From positions 1,876 to 65,875 of the forward strand of contig JAJPIV010000048.1 in the NCBI GenBank assembly GCA_021324595.1: DNA of 64,000 nt, read 5' to 3'. The first letter of the stretch is position 1; the number at the start of each line of letters is the position of its first letter. The stretch is from Actinomycetota bacterium (GTDB lineage Bacteria; Actinomycetota; Actinomycetes; Streptosporangiales; Streptosporangiaceae). The translations under genes and the position numbers were made by a program. Positions 45,697 to 55,956 of the stretch are shown here, piece after piece. The notes beneath the pieces were generated by a model. That model was not told the origin of the DNA and did not search any database. It saw nothing but the letters and a program-made list of their open reading frames with translations.

Positions 45697-48179
45697 GCGC
45701 GCTCACGCAGGCTCAGGCCCGCGCGCTGGACGCCTACTGGCGCGCGGCGAACTACCTGTCCGCGGGCCAGATCTACCTGATGAGCAACCCGCTGCTCACC
45801 GAGCCGCTGCGCCCGGAGCACATCAAGCCGCGGCTGCTGGGGCACTGGGGCACCACGCCGGGCCTGAACTTCATCTGGGCGCACCTGGACCGGGTCATCT
45901 CGCTCGGCGACCTGAGCATGATGATCGTGATCGGCCCCGGCCACGGCGGCCCGGCGGCCCTGGCCAACACCTGGCTGGAGGGCAGCTACTCGGACGTCTA
46001 CCCGAGCGTGCCGCGGGATGCCACGGGGATGGCGATCCTCATGCGCCAGTTCTCGTTCCCCGGAGGGGTGCCGAGCCACGTCGCGCCGCAGACGCCCGGA
46101 TCGATCCACGAGGGCGGTGAGCTCGGCTACTCCCTCGCCCACGCGCACGGAGCGGCGTTCGACAACCCGGACCTGATCGTGGCGTGCGTGATCGGCGACG
46201 GAGAGGCCGAGACCGGGCCGCTCGCGGCGAGCTGGCACTCCAACAAGTTCCTGGACGCGGTGCACGACGGGGCCGTGCTCCCCATCCTCCACCTCAACGG
46301 CTACAAGATCGCCAATCCGGCCGTCCTGGCCCGGATCGGCGCGGAGGAGCTCGACGCGCTGCTGCGCGGCCACGGCTGGCGACCGTGGTACGTCGGCGGC
46401 GACGAGCCGATGGCGATGCACGAGCAGATGGCCGCCGCCCTCGACGAGGTCGTGGCGGAGATCCGGCGGATCCAGGCGGAGGCCCGGGGCGGCGGCGCGG
46501 GCCGGCGCGGCGGCGCGGGCCGGCGCGGCGCCCTGGGCGGGCGGGCCCGGCCGGCCTGGCCGATGATCGTGCTGCGCACCCCGAAGGGCTGGACCGGCCC
46601 GGGCGAGGTGGACGGCCTGCCGGTGGAGGGGACGTGGCGGTCCCATCAGGTGCCGCTCGGCGAGGTCCGGACCAACCCCGCCCACCTGGCCCAGCTTGAG
46701 CGGTGGCTGCGCTCCTACCGCCCCGGGGAGCTTTTCGACGAGCAGGGCCGCCCCCGCCCGGACCTGCTCGCCCTGGTGCCGGCCGGCGAGCGCCGACTCG
46801 GGATGAGCCCGCACGCGAACGGCGGCCTGCTGCTGCGCGACCTCGACCTGCCGGGCCCGCGCGAGCACGCGGTGGCGGTCGGGGCACCGGGGGCGCGCGC
46901 CTCGGCGCCGACCGAGGTGCTGGGCGCCATGCTCGCCGACGTCATGCGGCGCAACCTGCGGACGGGGAACTTCCGCGTCTTCGGCCCGGACGAGACCGCC
47001 TCCAACCGGCTCGGCGCTGTGATCGACGTCACCGGGAAGGCGTGGCAGGCGCAGGTGCTGCCGGTCGATGAGAACCTCGCGCCCGACGGCCGGGTCATGG
47101 AGATCCTCTCCGAGCACACCTGCCAGGGCTGGCTGGAGGGTTACCTGCTCACCGGCAGGCACGGGCTGTTCTCCTGCTACGAGGCGTTCATCCACATCGT
47201 CGATTCGATGGTGAACCAGCACATCAAGTGGCTGAAGGTGAGCCGCGGCCAGCCCTGGCGGCGTCCGGTCGCGTCGCTGAACTACGTCCTCGCCTCGCAT
47301 GTCTGGCGCCAGGACCACAACGGCTTCTCGCACCAGGACCCGGGCTTCATCGACCATGTCGTGAACAAGAAGGCCGAGGTGATCCGCGTCTACCTGCCGC
47401 CGGACGCGAACTGCCTGCTCGCCGTCGCCGATCACTGCCTGCGCAGCAGGAACCTGGTCAACGTGATCGTGGCGGGCAAGCACCCGACGCCCGACTGGCT
47501 GGACGCCGAGGCCGCGGTGCTGCACTGCGCCCGCGGCGCGGGAATCTGGGAGTGGGCGAGCAACGACCGGGTCAACCGCAGCGGCGTCGCCGAGCCGGAC
47601 GTGGTGCTCGCCTGCGCCGGCGACGTGCCCACGATCGAGGTCCTCGCCGCGACGAGCATCCTGCGCCAGCACCTGCCGGGCCTGCGGGTCCGGGTGGTCA
47701 ACGTCGTCGACCTGATGAAGCTGCAGCCGCCGTCGGAGCACCCGCACGGGATGAGCGACGCCGAGTACGACGCGCTGTTCACCCCCGACAAGCCGGTCAT
47801 CTTCGCCTACCACGGCTACCCGTGGCTCATCCACCGGCTCACCTACCGCCGCGCCGGCCACGACAACCTGCACGTGCGCGGGTACAAGGAGGAGGGCACC
47901 ACCACGACGCCCTTCGACATGCTCGTGCTGAACGACATGGACCGGTTCCACCTGGTGATGGACGTGATCGACCGGGTTCCCGGCCTGGGCCCGAAAGCGG
48001 CGGCCCTGCGCGGCGCGATGTGCGACGCCCGGGCCAGGCACACCCGCTGGATCCGCGAGCACGGCGAGGACATGCCCGAGGTCGCCCAGTGGACCTGGCC
48101 GGGATCCGCGCGCCGGCGGGCGGCCGACGCCGGGGCCAGGACCGCGGGGGGCCGCGCGCTGCACGTCCCGGTGCCGTGA
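45693..48179 (+). CDS. xfp: Xylulose-5-phosphate/fructose-6-phosphate phosphoketolase
   Basis: [13 protein letters not shown] and EGGELGYSL motifs. 828 aa. The GTG overlaps the usp stop (GTGA). Confidence 0.9.
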   Translation: MSALTQAQARALDAYWRAANYLSAGQIYLMSNPLLTEPLRPEHIKPRLLGHWGTTPGLNFIWAHLDRVISLGDLSMMIVIGPGHGGPAALANTWLEGSYSDVYPSVPRDATGMAILMRQFSFPGGVPSHVAPQTPGSIHEGGELGYSLAHAHGAAFDNPDLIVACVIGDGEAETGPLAASWHSNKFLDAVHDGAVLPILHLNGYKIANPAVLARIGAEELDALLRGHGWRPWYVGGDEPMAMHEQMAAALDEVVAEIRRIQAEARGGGAGRRGGAGRRGALGGRARPAWPMIVLRTPKGWTGPGEVDGLPVEGTWRSHQVPLGEVRTNPAHLAQLERWLRSYRPGELFDEQGRPRPDLLALVPAGERRLGMSPHANGGLLLRDLDLPGPREHAVAVGAPGARASAPTEVLGAMLADVMRRNLRTGNFRVFGPDETASNRLGAVIDVTGKAWQAQVLPVDENLAPDGRVMEILSEHTCQGWLEGYLLTGRHGLFSCYEAFIHIVDSMVNQHIKWLKVSRGQPWRRPVASLNYVLASHVWRQDHNGFSHQDPGFIDHVVNKKAEVIRVYLPPDANCLLAVADHCLRSRNLVNVIVAGKHPTPDWLDAEAAVLHCARGAGIWEWASNDRVNRSGVAEPDVVLACAGDVPTIEVLAATSILRQHLPGLRVRVVNVVDLMKLQPPSEHPHGMSDAEYDALFTPDKPVIFAYHGYPWLIHRLTYRRAGHDNLHVRGYKEEGTTTTPFDMLVLNDMDRFHLVMDVIDRVPGLGPKAAALRGAMCDARARHTRWIREHGEDMPEVAQWTWPGSARRRAADAGARTAGGRALHVPVP
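46491..46526. repeat. Perfect 18-bp tandem duplication (GGCGGCGCGGGCCGGCGC x2) inside xfp
   Basis: Read directly. Encodes [12 protein letters not shown]. Confidence 0.9.
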
Positions 48180-49471
48180 CCCCTGGGCCCGCCGCCCCGG
48201 GCCCCGCGCCGGACGGCCCCGGCCTTCCGGTGCTGGTCGTCAACGCGGGATCGTCCAGCCTGAAGCTCTCGGTGGTCGCCGCCGACGGCACGCCCGCCGC
48301 GCGCGCCGACCTGGAGCGCTGGGACGGCGACCCGGACGCGCCGCAGGTCGGCCGCGCCCTGGCCCGCCTCGCCGGCGCGGCGCCGGCCGCGGTCGGGCAC
48401 CGCGTCGTGCACGGCGGCAGCGCGCTCGTCTCCCCGATGCCGATCGACGACGCGGTGCTCGCGCAGATCGCCGCGCTCACGCCGCTGGCCCCGCTGCACC
48501 AGCCGCGGGCCCTGGCCGGAATCGCCGCCGCCACGGCGGCCCTGCCCGGGCTGCCGCAGGTGGCCTGCTTCGACACCGCGTTCCATGCGACGATCCCGCC
48601 GGAGGCGGCCACCTACGCGCTGCCGGCCGACTGGCGGGAGCGGTTCGGGCTGCGCAAGTTCGGGTTCCACGGGCTGTCGCACGGGTACGCCTCCGCCCGG
48701 GCGGCGCGGCTCCTCGGGATCGCCGAGGGCGGCGCGTTCCGGGTGGTGACCTGCCACCTGGGCGCCGGCTCGTCGCTCGCCGCGGTCCGGGACGGCCGCA
48801 GCGTGGAGACCACCATGGGGTTCACGCCGCTGGACGGGCTCGTGATGGCGACCAGGTCCGGCAGCGTCGACCCCGGGCTGATCGCCTGGCTGGCAGACCA
48901 GGGGCGGATCCCCCCCGCCGAGCTGGCCGCCGGCCTGGAGCGCCGGTCCGGCCTGGCCGGCCTGGCCGGCCTGCCCGACGGCAGCGGGGACTTCAGGGCG
49001 GTCGCCGCCGCCGCCGAGCGCGGGGAGCCGGCGGCGCGCCTTGCGCTGGCGGTGCACGCCCACCGCCTCGTCGCGGCCGTCGCCGCGATGGCCGCGGCGA
49101 TGAACGGCCTCGACGCCCTCGTGTTCACCGGCGGGATCGGCGAGCACTTTCCGCCGCTGCGCGCCGCCGCCGCCGCCGGGCTCGCCTTCCTCGGCGTGCG
49201 CCTGGACCCGGAGCGCAACGCCGCCGCGCGCGCCGACGCGGACATCTCGGCCGACGGGGCGCGGGTGCGGACCCTGGTGGTGACGGCCCGGGAGGACGCG
49301 GAGATCGCGCGCCAGGTCGCCGGCGTGCTCGGCGCGGTCAGCGGCGGCTGGTCCAGCGCGGCCCCACCAGCGCCCACTCAAGCGCCCACAGCGACATCCG
49401 GCGCCGGTCCAGCCACCACCGGACCAGGCTCGCGACCAGCAGGAGCACGACGGCGAACCCGGCCAGCGTGA
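48176..49471 (+). CDS. ackA: Acetate kinase
   Basis: [12 protein letters not shown] and FTGGIGEH motifs. The GTG overlaps the xfp stop (GTGA). Extra C-terminal tail of about 45 aa. Confidence 0.85.
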   Translation: MTPGPAAPGPAPDGPGLPVLVVNAGSSSLKLSVVAADGTPAARADLERWDGDPDAPQVGRALARLAGAAPAAVGHRVVHGGSALVSPMPIDDAVLAQIAALTPLAPLHQPRALAGIAAATAALPGLPQVACFDTAFHATIPPEAATYALPADWRERFGLRKFGFHGLSHGYASARAARLLGIAEGGAFRVVTCHLGAGSSLAAVRDGRSVETTMGFTPLDGLVMATRSGSVDPGLIAWLADQGRIPPAELAAGLERRSGLAGLAGLPDGSGDFRAVAAAAERGEPAARLALAVHAHRLVAAVAAMAAAMNGLDALVFTGGIGEHFPPLRAAAAAGLAFLGVRLDPERNAAARADADISADGARVRTLVVTAREDAEIARQVAGVLGAVSGGWSSAAPPAPTQAPTATSGAGPATTGPGSRPAGARRRTRPA

Positions 49472-49958
49472 CGGCCCCGGCCACGACCACCCGGACGGTC
49501 ACCAGGGCCGGCGTCACCGGGGCGTGACCGGTCAGGCGGCCCGCCCGGTCCACCCAGACCGGCATCCGCAGGCCCGCGGGGCTCCCGGGCGGCGCCGCCA
49601 CCAGGCCGGTGCGCTCCGCGCCCGAGGGCAGCCGCCAGCGGGCCGGGACCAGGAAGGCCGACGACCCGTCGTACGGGTAGTAGGGCTGCGGCGCCGGGCG
49701 GAGCAGCACCGCCGTGGCCGGCCTCCAGGCTCGCTCGGCCCGGGCCTGGCGGTCGCCAAGGGCGCCGACCCGGGCGCCGACCGAGGCGGCCAGCACCGGC
49801 CCGGCGCCCAGGAACGCGAGCACGAGCAGGATGCGCACCGCGCTCTCGAACCGGTCGGCCGGGCGGCGCAGCGGGTTGCGGTCGACGCCCAGCCACCGGA
49901 TGAGCCCGCGGATCGGCGTGCGCGCCCGGCCTGCGTGCCGGTCCCCCGTCCGTCGCAC
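49338..49958 (-). CDS. Rv1733c-like membrane protein
   Basis: DRNPLRRPADRFESAVRILLVL… N-terminal motif and two TM segments. The start is uncertain (GTG 49958 or 49991). Confidence 0.6.
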   Translation of the reverse strand: MRRTGDRHAGRARTPIRGLIRWLGVDRNPLRRPADRFESAVRILLVLAFLGAGPVLAASVGARVGALGDRQARAERAWRPATAVLLRPAPQPYYPYDGSSAFLVPARWRLPSGAERTGLVAAPPGSPAGLRMPVWVDRAGRLTGHAPVTPALVTVRVVVAGAVTLAGFAVVLLLVASLVRWWLDRRRMSLWALEWALVGPRWTSRR

Positions 49959-50150
49959 ACGGCAAGCATTCCCGCGGGCGGGCCGGGCCACCCATGACGA
50001 TCGCCGCCCCGGCGGGCGGGCGCCCGGTCCCCTGCGGATGGGACGTTCCGCCCTGGCCGGCGGCCGGGGCGAGGGCGAGACTGGCCCTGAGCGCGGGACC
50101 GGGCGCGGGCGCGCCCGGGCATCCGGCGCACCGACCGAGGGAGGCGCGAG

Positions 50151-50663
50151 ATGAGCGAACGACCGGTCATCGTGGTGGGATTCGGCGGTTCGGTCGCTTC
50201 GGTCGCCGCGCTCGCGTGGGCGGCCGGGGAGGCCAGCCGCCGGGGCGCCGTGCTGCGCGTGATCCATGCCCGGCAGGAGCACCCGGCCCGCGCGCCCTAC
50301 GCCGGGCCGGCCGGGCAGCAGCCGCCCGAGCCGGAGCCGACCGCGGCCCAGCGGCTGGCGGCCTGGGTCCGGACGGTGACCGGCGACCTCCCCGGCGCCG
50401 ACGTGGTCACCGAGGTGGTCGGCGGCGCGCCCGAGCGCGCCCTGGCCGAGGCCTCGGACCACGCCGACCTGCTCGTCCTCGGCGCGGGCCAGGTCTCGCC
50501 GGTCGCGCAGCCGGATCCGCTGATCGTGGACCGCCCGGTCGGGCCGGTGATCCGGGCGTGCCTGAGCCACGCCCGGTGCCCGGTGGTGGTCATCGGCCCT
50601 GGCGCAAGCGCCGGCCAGCCCGGGAGCCGCGCCGCGCCCCAGCCGGCGGTCAGCCGGGCCTGA
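50151..50663 (+). CDS. Universal stress protein
   Basis: VIVVGFGGSVAS…LLVLGAG…CPVVVI pattern. RBS GAGGGAGG. Confidence 0.8.
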   Translation: MSERPVIVVGFGGSVASVAALAWAAGEASRRGAVLRVIHARQEHPARAPYAGPAGQQPPEPEPTAAQRLAAWVRTVTGDLPGADVVTEVVGGAPERALAEASDHADLLVLGAGQVSPVAQPDPLIVDRPVGPVIRACLSHARCPVVVIGPGASAGQPGSRAAPQPAVSRA

Positions 50664-50732
50664 GCCGACGGCGCGCGGTGCAGATCTTGGGGAGGAAGCG
50701 CTGCCATATGACCAGGAGCCTCCGTGATCTTC

Positions 50733-53222
50733 TCACCCGGCGAGCAGCCCGTCCCGCGGGGCGCCGCCCGGCTGGACCTCCGCTTGCGGGATGTCCCGGG
50801 CCGGCCCAGGCCCGCCGTCCGGCCCCGGCCCGCCGTCCGGATGCCCGGCGGTGAGCCTGGACGGCCACCAGTTCCACCGGCCCAGCAGGACCACCGCCGA
50901 CGGCACCAGCAGCGTGCGCACCAGGAACGTGTCCATCAGCACGCCGAGCGCGAGCCCGAAGCCGATGTCGCGGACCTCGCTGCCGCCCGGCCCGTTCCCG
51001 CCCACGATCGCCAGCACGAGGAACGTCCCGGCTAGCACCAGGCCGGCTGAGGTCACCGTCGTCCCGGTGACCGAGAGCGCCCGGGCGACCGCCTCGCGCA
51101 GCCGCAGCGCGTGCGCCTCCTCGCGGATCCTCGTCATGACCAGGATGTTGTAGTCCTCGCCGAGGGCGAGCAGGAAGATGAACATCAGGAACGGCATGAA
51201 GAAGACCAGGCCGCTGGCGCTGCCGAGGTCGATGAAGAGCAGGACGGACAGCCCCAGGGCGGCGAGGTAGGACAGGCCGACCGAGGCGATCAGGTACAGG
51301 GGCGCGACCAGGCTGCGCAGCACCAGCGCCAGCAGCACGCCGATCGCGAGGATCGCCACGGGGATGATCTTGACCAGGTCGCTGCCGGAGATGCTGCTGA
51401 TGTCGTGCAGCGCCGGCGCCTCGCCCAGCACCCCGGATGCGCGCGCGCCGGTCGCGCGCGCCACCCGCGAGGTCTTCGCCCGGATCGCGGGGACCGCGTT
51501 CATCGCGGCGGTGCTGGCCGGATCGCCGGCCGTCAGCCCGACGGAGAACTGGACGGTGCGCCCGTCGCCGCTGACGTAGTTGGCGGTGTCCCGGTACATC
51601 TCGTACGCGGCCGGGGGGATGGTCAGCCCCGGCGGCGGCACCGCGGGCAGCGCGGCCGCCGGCCCGAGCAGCGCGTGCAGCCGCGCGTAATCCGCCGCCG
51701 GGATCGGCACGCCCACCGGGTCGAGGGGACCGGTGACGTGCGTGAACAACGCGCTGGCCGACAGCAGCGCCGTGGCCCTGGCCAGCACCGACGGGTTGTC
51801 CCAGACCGGCCGGCGGTACTGGAGGATCAGGCTGGTCGGGTTCGCGGCGGCGTGCGGGTAGTACCTGGCCTCCAGCGCCATGCCCCGGGCCGAGTCGCTG
51901 CCGGGCGGCGCCGACGTGTTGCCCGCGAAGCCGCCCGCCTTGTAGCCGGTCACCGCGAGGGCCAGCGCGCCGAAGAAGACCAGCCCGGCGGCGAGCGTCG
52001 GCACCGGGCGGCGGACGATCCTGGTGGCGATCCGGCCCCACGTCCCCGGCCTGCCGGAGCCCTGGATGTCCCACGGGATGAGCTTGTGGCGGCCGAAGGC
52101 GGCCTGGAACAGCGTCCGCTTGACCCCGAGCAGCGACAGCCGCAGCGACAGCAGCGCCGGCAGCAGGGTCAGCGCGGCCAGCAGGGTCACCGCGATCGCG
52201 ATGGCGAACGGCCCGCCGAGGTCGGCGTAGAACGGGAAGCTGGCCAGCAGCAGGGTCAGCACGGCGGCGATCACCGTCGCGGCCGAGAACGTGATCGACT
52301 CGCCGACCTTGGTGATCGCGCGGACGATCGCCTGCCGCTCCGGCTCCCGCGGCCTGCGCAGGTCCCCGGCGATCGCGCGGGCCAGCCCGCGCGACCGGTC
52401 GGCCGCCTCCGCCCGGTGGCCGGCCACCCGCAGCTGCTCGCGCACCCGGAAGACCAGGAACAGGCCGTAGTCGGTGCCCGCGCCGAGCACCAGCACGATC
52501 AGCAGGAACTGCGCGATCGGCGAGACCTTCAGGCCGTGCCTGGCCGCCTCGGCGACCAGCGGGCCGGAGATGGTGAAGGCGATGAACGGCGGGATCAGCG
52601 TCGCCATCGCCAGGGTGAAGGACCGGAAGATGAGGATCAGCAGCACCAGGATGAACGCGATCGAGATCAGCTGGATCTCGTTTCCCGACGTGCCGTTCGC
52701 CTTCTGCTGGTCGACCTGGATGGCCAGATTCCCGGCCAGGTGGACCTGCAGCCCGGCCGGCCTGGGCACGGAACGGATCGCCGCGCGCAGGTCGTCCACG
52801 AGCGCGGCGGCCGCGTTCTGGTTGTCGCCGAGCGGCGCCGACAGGACGACGTACTGATGCGCCTGCCCGTTTGCGGACGGGCCGACGTCCAGCACCCGGC
52901 GGACCGTCGGCACCCGCCTCAGCCTGGCCTGGATCGCGGCGAGCGCCGCGTCGTCGGCCGCGCTCAGGGCACGACCCGGCGTCGCCGCGATCACCGGCGT
53001 GGGCACCATGCCGGATGTGCCCAGCGGCCCGGCCAGCGCGGCGGCCCGCTCCACCGGCGCGCTCGCCGGGAGGAACTTACTGTTGTCGTTCTGCGTCGCC
53101 CCGGACAGCGAGGGCAGGGCGGTGACGGCGGCCGCCGCCGCGGCGACCCAGGCGAGCAGCACCAGCCACCGGAACCGGACGCTCAGGCGGCCCAGGGCCG
53201 CGAAGATCGCATCAGCACGCAT
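50733..53222 (-). CDS. MMPL-family (RND superfamily) transporter
   Basis: 829 aa with two 6-TM bundles and two extracytoplasmic loops. GTDYGLFLVFR and GEDYNILVMTRIRE motifs. Confidence 0.9.
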   Translation of the reverse strand: MRADAIFAALGRLSVRFRWLVLLAWVAAAAAAVTALPSLSGATQNDNSKFLPASAPVERAAALAGPLGTSGMVPTPVIAATPGRALSAADDAALAAIQARLRRVPTVRRVLDVGPSANGQAHQYVVLSAPLGDNQNAAAALVDDLRAAIRSVPRPAGLQVHLAGNLAIQVDQQKANGTSGNEIQLISIAFILVLLILIFRSFTLAMATLIPPFIAFTISGPLVAEAARHGLKVSPIAQFLLIVLVLGAGTDYGLFLVFRVREQLRVAGHRAEAADRSRGLARAIAGDLRRPREPERQAIVRAITKVGESITFSAATVIAAVLTLLLASFPFYADLGGPFAIAIAVTLLAALTLLPALLSLRLSLLGVKRTLFQAAFGRHKLIPWDIQGSGRPGTWGRIATRIVRRPVPTLAAGLVFFGALALAVTGYKAGGFAGNTSAPPGSDSARGMALEARYYPHAAANPTSLILQYRRPVWDNPSVLARATALLSASALFTHVTGPLDPVGVPIPAADYARLHALLGPAAALPAVPPPGLTIPPAAYEMYRDTANYVSGDGRTVQFSVGLTAGDPASTAAMNAVPAIRAKTSRVARATGARASGVLGEAPALHDISSISGSDLVKIIPVAILAIGVLLALVLRSLVAPLYLIASVGLSYLAALGLSVLLFIDLGSASGLVFFMPFLMFIFLLALGEDYNILVMTRIREEAHALRLREAVARALSVTGTTVTSAGLVLAGTFLVLAIVGGNGPGGSEVRDIGFGLALGVLMDTFLVRTLLVPSAVVLLGRWNWWPSRLTAGHPDGGPGPDGGPGPARDIPQAEVQPGGAPRDGLLAG

Positions 53223-53276
53223 GACCGCGAGGGTACGCGAACGGCCGCCGTGACGCCGCCCGCCCGGCGCGCCGGG

Positions 53277-54362
53277 TCACGGGATCAGGCCGGCGGCGAT
53301 GCGCTCCGCGGCCCGGCCGTCCCACAGCGCGGGCCTGCGCGGGGCGGGCGGGTCGGCGAGCACCATCCTGGCCGCCTCCGCGATCACGTCGGGGTCGGTC
53401 CCCACCAGCCGGTTCGTCCCCTCGGTGATCGTCACCGGGCGCTCGGTGCTCTCCCGCAGGGTCAGGCAGGGCACGCCGAGCACGGTCGTCTCCTCCTGCA
53501 CGCCGCCCGAATCGGTGAGCACGAGCCGCGCCGACGCCTCCAGGGCGACGAAGTCCAGGTACCCGGCGGGCGGGATGACCCGGAGGGCGCCGACCGGGAG
53601 CCGGCGGCCCGGCGCGGCCGCGCCGAGGCCCGCGAGCCTGGCCGTGAGCCTTGGGTGGGCGGGGAGCACGAGCGGGCACAGGCGGCCCACCCGGCCGAGC
53701 CCGGCGATGAGCCGGGCGAGCACCCCCGGGTCGTCCACGTTCGCGCTCCGGTGCAGGGTGACCAGGCCGTACCCGCCCGGGGTGAGGCCGAGCCCGGCCA
53801 GCGTGCCCCGCCGGCGCGCCCGGCCCAGGTTGGCCAGCAGCGTGTCCACCATCACGTTGCCCACCAGGCGGATCCGCTCCGGCGGGCAGCCCTCGGCGCG
53901 CAGGTTCCCGGCCGCGTCCGGCGAGGGCGCGAACAGCAAGTCGCTCACCCGGTCGGTGATCACCCGGTTGACCTCCTCGGGCATCGACCGGTCCCCGCTG
54001 CGCAGGCCTGCCTCGACGTGGGCGAGCCGCGCCGCCGACTTGGCCGTCACCAGCGCGCACGCCAGCGTCGAGTTCACGTCGCCGACCACCACGACCGCGT
54101 CCGGCCGCAGGCGCTCGACCAGCGGCTCGAACGCCAGCATGACCCGCGCGACCTGCTCGGCATGGCTGCCCGAGCCCGCGCCGAGGTGGTGGTCCGGGGG
54201 GCGGAGCCCGAGGTCGGCGAGGAACACCTCGCTCATCGCCTGGTCGTAGTGCTGGCCCGTGTGGACGAACACGACCCGCGCCCCCCGCGCGGCGAGCGCG
54301 TCCATGACGGGCTTGACCTTCATGAAGTTCGGCCGCGCGCCGGCCACGCAGATCACCCGCAT
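53277..54362 (-). CDS. UDP-N-acetylglucosamine 2-epimerase (non-hydrolysing)
   Basis: GARPNFMK and HVEAGLRS motifs. Trimmed to ATG 54362. Confidence 0.85.
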   Translation of the reverse strand: MRVICVAGARPNFMKVKPVMDALAARGARVVFVHTGQHYDQAMSEVFLADLGLRPPDHHLGAGSGSHAEQVARVMLAFEPLVERLRPDAVVVVGDVNSTLACALVTAKSAARLAHVEAGLRSGDRSMPEEVNRVITDRVSDLLFAPSPDAAGNLRAEGCPPERIRLVGNVMVDTLLANLGRARRRGTLAGLGLTPGGYGLVTLHRSANVDDPGVLARLIAGLGRVGRLCPLVLPAHPRLTARLAGLGAAAPGRRLPVGALRVIPPAGYLDFVALEASARLVLTDSGGVQEETTVLGVPCLTLRESTERPVTITEGTNRLVGTDPDVIAEAARMVLADPPAPRRPALWDGRAAERIAAGLIP

Positions 54363-54378
54363 GACGCGGACCCGGGGC

Positions 54379-55716
54379 CTACAGGGTCTCGACGTTCGGG
54401 CCCGACAGCGCCCGGCGGCAGTCGAGCACGTAGCTGGCGTGACCGGTGATCGCCGTGGGGTCGAACGCGTCATGGTCGGTGAGCAGCACGACCGCGTCGG
54501 CCCGGGCCAGCTCCGCGGGCACCGGGTCCACCCGCCGCACCGGCGCGGTGATCAGCCCGGACTCCATCACGTGCGGGTCCGCCGCGACCACGTCGGCGCC
54601 CAGGCCGGTCAGCAGGGCGGCGACCCGGACCGCCGGCGACTCCCGCGCGTCGCCGGTGTTCTTCTTGTACGCGAGCCCCAGCAGCAGCACCCGCGAGCCG
54701 CAGACCGGCTTGCCGCGCCGGTTCAGCCCGAGCATCAGGCGCCGGACCACGTAGTCCGGCATGTGGCCGTTGATGTCGTTGGCCAGCTCCACGAACCGGA
54801 AGCTCTGGCCGAGCGCCCGCTCCACCCGCCACGACAGGTACGACGGGTCGATCGGCAGGCAGTGCCCGCCGACCCCGGGCCCGGGGGCGAACGGCATGAA
54901 CCCGAAGGGCTTGGTCGATGCCGCGTCGATCGCCTCCCACACATCGACCCCGAGGTCATGGGCGACCATCGCGAACTCATTGACCAGCGCGATGTTCACG
55001 TGGCGGAACGTGTTCTCGATGATCTTGGCGAGCTCCGCCTCGGCCGGGGAGGAGACCGGGACGACCCGGTCCACGATCCCGGAGTAGAACGCGCTCACCG
55101 CCGCGAGCGAGGCCTCGCCGATCCCGGAGACGATCTTCGGCGTGGTCGCCAGCGTCCACTGCCGGTTCCCCGGGTCGATGCGCTCCGGGCTGTAGCCGAC
55201 GTGGAAGTCCGTGCCGGCGATCAGCCCCGATCCGTCCTCCAGCCAGGGGAGCACCTTCTCCTGGGTGGTCCCGGGATAGGTGGTGGACTCGACGATCACG
55301 GTGGCGCCCGGGCGCAGGTACCGCGCGAGCGTGCGGCACGCCGCCTCCACGTGGCTCAGGTCCGGCAGGCCGTCCCGCAGCGGGGTGGGAACGCAGATCA
55401 CCGCCACGTCGAAGCCCGCGCAGGAGCGCGGCTCGGACGAGGGCCGCAGCGTGCCGCTCTCCAGCACGGCGGCGAGCTCGCCGTCCGGCACGTCCTCCAC
55501 GTACGAGCCGGACGCCAGCAGCTTGACCCTGGCCTCGTCGGTGTCGAAGCCCACGACCCGGTGGCCGGCCTGCGCGCACCGGACGGCGAGGGGCAGCCCG
55601 ACATAGCCGAGGCCGACCACGACGACGTTCACGGCCGCTCCCGCGCGGGCGCGGGCTCCGGCGGGAGCGGCCCCGCGGCGCGGTTCCGGGGTCCGGCTGC
55701 CGCTGCCACGGGCCAC
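54379..55716 (-). CDS. Nucleotide-sugar dehydrogenase (UDP-ManNAc/UDP-glucose dehydrogenase family)
   Basis: VVGLGYVGLP Rossmann motif and GVGGHCLPIDP catalytic Cys. The start may be GTG 55632. Confidence 0.85.
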   Translation of the reverse strand: MARGSGSRTPEPRRGAAPAGARARAGAAVNVVVVGLGYVGLPLAVRCAQAGHRVVGFDTDEARVKLLASGSYVEDVPDGELAAVLESGTLRPSSEPRSCAGFDVAVICVPTPLRDGLPDLSHVEAACRTLARYLRPGATVIVESTTYPGTTQEKVLPWLEDGSGLIAGTDFHVGYSPERIDPGNRQWTLATTPKIVSGIGEASLAAVSAFYSGIVDRVVPVSSPAEAELAKIIENTFRHVNIALVNEFAMVAHDLGVDVWEAIDAASTKPFGFMPFAPGPGVGGHCLPIDPSYLSWRVERALGQSFRFVELANDINGHMPDYVVRRLMLGLNRRGKPVCGSRVLLLGLAYKKNTGDARESPAVRVAALLTGLGADVVAADPHVMESGLITAPVRRVDPVPAELARADAVVLLTDHDAFDPTAITGHASYVLDCRRALSGPNVETL

Positions 55717-55771
55717 CTCCGTGCGGTCGCGGGCCGTGCCCGCACCCGGTCAGTACGATGAGCATTTGAAT

Positions 55772-55796
55772 GACTACTTTCCGTAAGAGAGTAGTC
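55772..55796. promoter_or_regulatory. Inverted repeat GACTACT-N11-AGTAGTC in an AT-rich divergent intergenic region
   Basis: Read directly. Lies between the sugar dehydrogenase gene and the HDAC-like gene. Confidence 0.25.
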
Positions 55797-55956
55797 GCCT
55801 GCCCCTCCCCGCGTCCGCGGTTTGGCACGGGCCGGCTCAATGGCCGCCGCGGCCGGGTGAATGGCGCCCCGGACGCGCGCCGCCGCGGCCGTGAGCCCCC
55901 CGCAGTTCACCCGCCCGATTCCGTCCCGGGCCGCGGCCGAGTGAGACAATGCGGCG

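Noticed and set aside
50026-50045. GGTCCC-N8-GGGACG inverted element between the Rv1733c-like and USP genes as a DosR box.
   Set aside because: The half-site orientation and spacing do not match the GGGACT-WW-AGTCCC consensus. I found no similar element upstream of the usp-xfp-ackA operon.
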